Source: Candidatus Eiseniibacteriota bacterium
GTDB lineage: Bacteria > Eisenbacteria > RBG-16-71-46 > JABDJR01 > JAWXBZ01
Assembly: GCA_034440375.1 (NCBI GenBank)
Contig: JAWXBZ010000050.1
Span: 1 to 10,688 of the forward strand
Length of the DNA: 10,688 nucleotides
Direction: 5' to 3'
Shown here: piece by piece, positions 5,675-10,688 of the stretch
How positions within the stretch are numbered: the first letter of the stretch is position 1
Layout: each line of letters starts with the position of its first letter
Position numbers and translations under genes: made by a program
Notes under the pieces: model-generated
Database searches by the model: none
Told to the model about the DNA's origin: nothing
What the model saw: only the letters and a program-made list of their open reading frames with translations

Positions 5675-7798
5675 TCAGGGAGGCGGTACTCCGGCCCGCA
5701 CCTGATTCAGCGTGATCAGGTAGTCCTTGGCGCGTGGGTCCATCGCGACCGCCCTTTCAAGGAAAGGCAGCGCCTCGCTCAGGCGGTTGGCCCGGCCGAG
5801 GAATCGGCCCAGGAAGAAGTAGTGGTCGGGTGAATTCTTGTCGAGCTCCAGGGCCTTCCGATAGGCCGTTTCGGCCGGATTGGCCAATCGCCCCTGTTCA
5901 CAGGCCCAGCCAAGCAACAGAAAGGACTTGGCCCGACCCGGATCGAGCTCCGTGGCCTGAACCAGCAGTTCAATCGCCTCCTTGATCTCCAGCTTCCGCA
6001 AATGTGCAATCGCGTCCCGTGTCCGCTCATCCACCAACCGCCTGGAAGCCTCATCCCCCGAGAGTCGCGTCAGCTGGTACTTTCGATTCTCGTCAAGTTC
6101 GAGGAGATAGGGAGCCCGGTCAGCCATCCTCTCGATGATTGCGCGATTGTCGGCGCCACGGTCGCGGACATAGAGAACCTGCCGTTCCGGTTCCGGCACG
6201 TTGTTTGGCGGTGAAAAGACCCATGAGTCAAATGGATGGCGCTGCAACGCCCCGGTGAAGATCAGGAGCTTCTGATCCGACGGAAGGCCGGCGACCCGGC
6301 GATAAGGTTCCTGAATGCGGTCGCTGAGTCGATGCAGTTCGATCGCCTGGACGCGACCGAATCCCACCCAGCCGACGAGTGTCAGTGCGACCACGAGCGC
6401 GGGCGTCAGCGACGAGAGGCCCGGCCGGCCCCCCCGGCCGATCCGTTCGTGGAGGCTCCGGGCACCGGCGACGGTGAGCAGGATGATGACCGGGAGGATT
6501 TCGTAGTACTTGACCGGACCGGTATCGCTGACGCCGAGCGAAAAATAAAACACGCTGCCGAGCGCCGTGACGATGAGGACGGCCCAGAGCGGTGCCAGGT
6601 CGCGGCGGCGGCTCCACAGAAGTGCCGCCACGACGAAGAGCCACGAGAGCGGCCACCCCAGCGACCAGAAATTGAGTCGGACCAGCGTTTGAAACACGTT
6701 CAGAAGGCCCGAGAGGGGTGTGCGCTCGGGCTGCCCCGGGACAGCCTCGCCGAAACCGAGGACACGGCCGCGATCGCCCTGGATCTCTGAGTATCCCGTC
6801 TTCAGGGGATTTCCCGTCAGCACCTGATTGACGCCGAGCAGAATGACCAGGAACAGGGAGGCCACGCCGAGTGCCGTTAACCAGGGTTTCAACGATTGGC
6901 CACGTCGGCGGAGCGCAAGAAACCAGGCGGCGGCGATCGGCAGGCCGATCATGAGACCGGTGTAGGGACGAATCAGGAAGGCCATGCCGGCGGCGAGGCC
7001 GGCAATCAATGCCGCGGAACTCCCTGTGAGCGAGCGATGGACGCAATAGGCGAAGAGAAGCAGCATCGTCAGGCAACTGGTATGCGACAGGAGCGTGGCT
7101 CCCGTGAATAGAAAGAACGGGGAGAGCAGCAGGAGCAGGGCCGCGGCGCGTGCCAGCCGCCTGGAGAAGTAAAATCCGGCCAGCCGGTAGACCAGGAGGA
7201 GATTGATCGCGGCCAGGACCGCCGGCACGAGTCGGGGCCACCCGGCCACGATTCCCGGGACGAGGAACAGCGGGTGGCCCGGAGGATATTTTCCGTACCA
7301 CTTGCCATTGTTGATGATGGAGACATTGTCGAAGAACTCGCGCAGTGGCTGCGAGTCGAGGAAGAGTCGGCCCCGCGAGAGCAGATCGGCCTGGAAGAGA
7401 TAGACGCGTTCGTCGTCGGTGAGCGGCTGATTCTGGAGGATGAGGTGACCGATGGCCAGAACGAGGCCCGCCCCGGCAATCAGGAGCCCGACGACGAATA
7501 ACCGTTCTGGAACGGCCTCGAGGACCTCGAGTCGGCGCCTCCAGAAGTCGGCGCCGAAGAGGTAAGCCAGCCCTAGCCCGACGAGGATGGCTGCCGGCAG
7601 GGCCAGTGCCAGGTATCGAAGATAAAAGGCCGCCTCGCCGCGCGGGAGACGGAAGAGAAACTCCAGTTCGTACTGGTGAAACGCGGAGGCACCCGCGCTC
7701 GCGCGTTCGAGCCAGAGAAATGCAGCGATGAAGGCGGCGCCGGCAAGGAGGAGCAGGGCGCCCAGACCCGGTCGTCGGTCAGCAGTTTGAGTCATCAT
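5675..7798 (-). CDS. GT-C fold (PMT/ArnT-like) polytopic membrane glycosyltransferase with C-terminal TPRs
   Basis: Many TM segments, an acidic TDDERVY motif in an early extramembrane loop, KYPPGHP and LIRPYT, and about 3 TPR-like repeats at the C-terminus (AETAYRKALELD, ALPFLERAVAMDP). The start overlaps the upstream stop (ATGA, 7798-7795). Confidence 0.8.
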   Translation of the reverse strand: MMTQTADRRPGLGALLLLAGAAFIAAFLWLERASAGASAFHQYELEFLFRLPRGEAAFYLRYLALALPAAILVGLGLAYLFGADFWRRRLEVLEAVPERLFVVGLLIAGAGLVLAIGHLILQNQPLTDDERVYLFQADLLSRGRLFLDSQPLREFFDNVSIINNGKWYGKYPPGHPLFLVPGIVAGWPRLVPAVLAAINLLLVYRLAGFYFSRRLARAAALLLLLSPFFLFTGATLLSHTSCLTMLLLFAYCVHRSLTGSSAALIAGLAAGMAFLIRPYTGLMIGLPIAAAWFLALRRRGQSLKPWLTALGVASLFLVILLGVNQVLTGNPLKTGYSEIQGDRGRVLGFGEAVPGQPERTPLSGLLNVFQTLVRLNFWSLGWPLSWLFVVAALLWSRRRDLAPLWAVLIVTALGSVFYFSLGVSDTGPVKYYEILPVIILLTVAGARSLHERIGRGGRPGLSSLTPALVVALTLVGWVGFGRVQAIELHRLSDRIQEPYRRVAGLPSDQKLLIFTGALQRHPFDSWVFSPPNNVPEPERQVLYVRDRGADNRAIIERMADRAPYLLELDENRKYQLTRLSGDEASRRLVDERTRDAIAHLRKLEIKEAIELLVQATELDPGRAKSFLLLGWACEQGRLANPAETAYRKALELDKNSPDHYFFLGRFLGRANRLSEALPFLERAVAMDPRAKDYLITLNQVRAGVPPP

Positions 7799-9906
7799 CG
7801 ATTTGCGTCGTTGGTTCCTTTGGGTGAAATTGAACCGGTGGCTCCGGTCCGTCCTAGAACAAGGGACCGTTCCCGCGCCCGGGACAATTCGGGTTCGGAG
7901 CCGCCCAGGGCCACCGCTCGACGATAGAGGGCCAGCGCGGCAGGATAGTCACCGATTCGTTCGGTCACAAGTGCCAGATTGTAAACCGTCGTAAAGTGAT
8001 TCGGCGAAAGCGCCGCGGCCGTCTCCAGATGTCGTCGGGAGTCTTCGTACCGCCCGGCCGCGGCGGCCATCGTGCCGAGCGCTGCCCAGGCGCCGGCCAG
8101 GTCGGGTTTCACCGTCACCGCGCGACGGAGCGCCGCTCCGGCCGCCGTGGTGTCCCCGAGCGCCTGCCAGGATAGACCTCGGCGGTAGGCAAGGGCTCCG
8201 GCGAATGACTCGCGTACCCCCGGAACCCGCTGTTCCATCTCCTCGAGCAGGCCGAGGGCGGCCCGCCATTGGCGACGGGAACGCTCGATCTCCTCCAGGT
8301 TGAACCAGGCCTCGGGGCGCCGCGGGTCAAGAGTCACGGCGCGTCGAAACCAGGATTCAGCCCCCGCGGCGTCCCCGGCATTGAGTGCGAGCCGACCCAG
8401 GTTGTTGGCCGGCTCCGCCAGGTTGGGCGCGATGGCGACGGCCTCCTCGAACTCACGACGGGCGAGGCTGGCTTCGCCACGCTTGTAATGAATGGTTCCG
8501 ACGAGGTTATGCATGTGCGCCCGGGAGGGCGTCGTATCGATCAGCGGAAAGGCGGCGAGCACCAGAAAGGATGCCACGACCATGATTGCAGGGAGCGCGG
8601 CGGTGAGAGGACGCCGGCGCGCCACGTTCATGAGGTCGGCAAGGCCCACGCCGGCCGCCGGCAACAGGACGGCCACGAGCGGCAGCCGGTAGCGGTCGGT
8701 GACGAAGAAAAACGCCACCGAGAGGATGAGGGCGGCGGCGACGGCGATCAGCAGACGGCCGGCCGGTTCACGCCCGCGCCGCAGAAATCCCCATGCCGCC
8801 AGGGGAAGTATCAGAAGAAAACCCGGAAGAATGCGCAGGATGGGAACACGCGCCCGAAACCAGGCCTGGTCATAATGATTGGGGATCTCGAGATCATTCA
8901 GGACATAGAGAATTTTGCGTGCCGTAAGGGCGGCGGCGTCAATCGGCGCAGCGGCCCACCAGGAGAGGCCGCGGTTCTGCCAGTAGCTCGACGCCGCGGC
9001 CGGTCCGGCCGGCCGGCCGAGCCCCCTGGATGCCATCTCGCGGGCGCTGACCACGAGCCCGTCGGGATCATTGAGCAGTGGCTCGCCGGGCGGAAGGTGA
9101 AAGGTGCCGTCGGCCAGCGCGTTGTTGCCGATGAAGAAGTTGATCCCGCCATTGGCCGAGATCAAGACCCAATCGCCCGACTCGGCCCGATTGCGCAGCG
9201 TGATCGGAAGGATCACCAACGAAAGGCCAAGCGCGAACGCCAGCGCGCCCCGCCGGGCCGAGGGCGGGGTGCGGCCGGTCAGCACGAGGAAGACCAGCGC
9301 CGCCAGTCCGGCCAGAAGTGTATTCGGCTGTGCCAGCGCAGCGAAGCCGGCGAACGATCCCGCCATGCCGGCCACCATGGCATCGTTCTTGCCGGTGGGC
9401 GAGGACATCCGCGCAACGAGTAGCCATAGCATCCCCTGGATAAAGAGCAGCGACCAGGCGATCGAAAGCAATTCCCCCTCGAAAAAGACGCGGGGACCAT
9501 ATCCGGCAGCAAGGAGTCCGGCGGCGAGGCCGGCGGTGCTTCCGGCCAGCCGCCGTGCCGTGTCCCAGGCCAGGAGAGCCCCAATCGCGCCGGCCATGAA
9601 CTGAATCCATCGGGCCAGTTCAAGCTGGCCGATTTCCGCGCCCACCAGGGCCAGGTAGGCGGAGTACAGGGGAGCCTGGAAGTAGGCCTCTCCGCGTGGC
9701 GCCAACCACCCGTCGAGACGCAGTCTCCCGGCCAGTTCAAGGTACTGCGCGGCATCCCCGGTCAGTTCGTTGAAGAGGACGAGGTCGCCGGCCTGCCGGA
9801 CGTACAACCAGCGGATGGCCACGGCGAGCAGGGCCACGAGTGCGGGCACCCAGAGCGGGATTCGAGTGGTGTCCGCCGGCTCGCCGGTTCCGGATGGCTT
9901 GGTCAT
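7795..9906 (-). CDS. GT-C fold (PMT/ArnT-like) membrane glycosyltransferase with extended C-terminal TPR region, about 703 aa
   Basis: Start reassigned to ATG 9906 (MTKPSGTG...), because the upstream 219 codons overlap xdhC on the other strand. Motifs include GDAAQY, YFQAPLY, QPN, NGGINFFIGNN, DRYRLP and about 5-6 TPR-like repeats (AEPANNLG, PEAWFNL, AGAWAALG, TVYNLA). Confidence 0.82.
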   Translation of the reverse strand: MTKPSGTGEPADTTRIPLWVPALVALLAVAIRWLYVRQAGDLVLFNELTGDAAQYLELAGRLRLDGWLAPRGEAYFQAPLYSAYLALVGAEIGQLELARWIQFMAGAIGALLAWDTARRLAGSTAGLAAGLLAAGYGPRVFFEGELLSIAWSLLFIQGMLWLLVARMSSPTGKNDAMVAGMAGSFAGFAALAQPNTLLAGLAALVFLVLTGRTPPSARRGALAFALGLSLVILPITLRNRAESGDWVLISANGGINFFIGNNALADGTFHLPPGEPLLNDPDGLVVSAREMASRGLGRPAGPAAASSYWQNRGLSWWAAAPIDAAALTARKILYVLNDLEIPNHYDQAWFRARVPILRILPGFLLILPLAAWGFLRRGREPAGRLLIAVAAALILSVAFFFVTDRYRLPLVAVLLPAAGVGLADLMNVARRRPLTAALPAIMVVASFLVLAAFPLIDTTPSRAHMHNLVGTIHYKRGEASLARREFEEAVAIAPNLAEPANNLGRLALNAGDAAGAESWFRRAVTLDPRRPEAWFNLEEIERSRRQWRAALGLLEEMEQRVPGVRESFAGALAYRRGLSWQALGDTTAAGAALRRAVTVKPDLAGAWAALGTMAAAAGRYEDSRRHLETAAALSPNHFTTVYNLALVTERIGDYPAALALYRRAVALGGSEPELSRARERSLVLGRTGATGSISPKGTNDANR

Positions 9907-9917
9907 GAGATGTGGTG

Positions 9918-9947
9918 AGTATAGAAATCGCCCCCGCCGAGGGTCAA
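9918..9947 (-). promoter_or_regulatory. sigma70-type promoter for the glycosyltransferase operon
   Basis: Minus strand TTGACC (9947-9942)-N18-TATACT (9923-9918), with only 11 nt between the -10 box and ATG 9906. Confidence 0.6.
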
Positions 9948-10026
9948 ACGGCAGGCCGTCCCCTGGGTTAGAATTTGCGCCGTGTGTCGCGCTCGGCGGT
10001 GACCAGTTCAACCAGGAATCGATTTC

Positions 10027-10688
10027 ATGCTTGAATTTCATCGCACGCTGCTGACGCTGCTCGAAGGTGGGCAACGCGTGGCGGTGGCCACCATCGTCGA
10101 GGCGCGTGGCTCGACGCCCCAGCGCGAGGGGGGGCGGATCATCGTGGCCGAGGATGGCCGCACCTGGTTCACCATCGGCGGTGGTGCCTTCGAGGCGCTG
10201 GTCATCGATGATGCGAGGACCTGCCTCCGTGAAAGCAAATCCGAACTCAAGACCTACTCGCTTCACGAGTCCGGCGAGGAAGCGTTGGGGATGGCCTGCG
10301 GCGGGCGAGCCCAGGTGTTCATCGAGGTGTCGGGACTTGTCGAAAATCTGCTCGTCTTCGGTGCGGGTCATGTCGGCCGGGCGCTCGCCCGGTTGGCCGC
10401 CGGGGTCGGCTTCGGCATCACCGTGGTCGATGACCGTTCCGCCATGCTGGATGCGCCGGCATTTCCAGCCGGAACGCGTCTCGTCGAAACCGATCGACTC
10501 TTTCGCGAGGCGCTGCCGCCGATTGACGATCACTCCTATGTCGTCCTGGTCACCCGATGTCACGACACCGATGAGGCAGCTCTTCGGGCGCTGGCCGGCC
10601 AGCCATGGCGGTACCTTGGCATGATCGGCAGCCGCCGAAAGGTTCGCGTCGTGCTCGATCGACTACTGGAACAGGGGGTGCCGGCCGC
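10027..10688 (+). CDS. xdhC: XdhC/CoxF-family molybdenum-hydroxylase accessory protein (partial, runs off the right edge)
   Basis: Manual translation from ATG 10027 gives MLEFHRTLL...VAVATIVEARGSTPQREGGRIIV...TIGGGAFE...LGMACGG...LLVFGAGHVGRALARLA...VVDDR...VLVTRCHDTD...YLGMIGSRRK. AGGA lies at 10014-10017. It is absent from the ORF track because no stop occurs in the window. Confidence 0.93.
   Translation, partial: MLEFHRTLLTLLEGGQRVAVATIVEARGSTPQREGGRIIVAEDGRTWFTIGGGAFEALVIDDARTCLRESKSELKTYSLHESGEEALGMACGGRAQVFIEVSGLVENLLVFGAGHVGRALARLAAGVGFGITVVDDRSAMLDAPAFPAGTRLVETDRLFREALPPIDDHSYVVLVTRCHDTDEAALRALAGQPWRYLGMIGSRRKVRVVLDRLLEQGVPA

Noticed and set aside
5668-5677. Palindrome TGATCGATCA at the convergent proS/glycosyltransferase junction
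   Set aside because: It arises largely from two facing TGA stop codons 4 bp apart and is too short to be a terminator.
8269-9423. Long alternative-frame ORFs (8269..9423 +, 6228..7301 -, 824..1633 -, 3636..4253 -, 10067..10624 + and similar)
   Set aside because: They overlap well-supported genes largely or entirely, show no recognisable motifs, and are expected from stop-codon scarcity in GC-rich DNA.
9907-10563. 219-aa N-terminal extension of the 922-aa ORF
   Set aside because: It is the antisense shadow of xdhC plus the intergenic promoter region.
1-10688. CRISPR arrays, tRNA/rRNA genes, IS elements, prophage or defence genes
   Set aside because: No regularly spaced repeats, cloverleaf structures, transposase or integrase motifs, or terminal inverted repeats were seen.

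Overview
GC-rich bacterial chromosomal window with no mobile elements, CRISPR arrays, or rRNA/tRNA genes. From left to right: (i) the possible 5' end of a leftward gene; (ii) a compact sigma54 transcription unit not resolved by the ORF track, with repeated TGTCAA/TTGACA boxes, an IHF-like site, a -24/-12 promoter, a strong SD, a 24-aa hydrophobic peptide (MHRLVLVGLTAIALISGLGGKAGW) and a cUUCGg intrinsic terminator; (iii) a GAF-AAA+-HTH sigma54 enhancer-binding protein directly downstream; (iv) two tandem paralogous secreted Cys-containing proteins sharing a C-terminal 'TWSxxKxLI' tail, a candidate sorting signal, one of them behind a long structured leader; (v) archaeal/eukaryotic-type proS; (vi) two translationally coupled GT-C (PMT/ArnT-like) membrane glycosyltransferases with C-terminal TPRs; (vii) a divergent, window-truncated xdhC-family gene missing from the ORF track. 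The best novelty candidates are the sigma54 micropeptide/EBP module and the TWxxxK-tailed secreted family, possibly linked to the GT-C/TPR enzymes. All calls come from reading the sequence by eye; no database searches were run.
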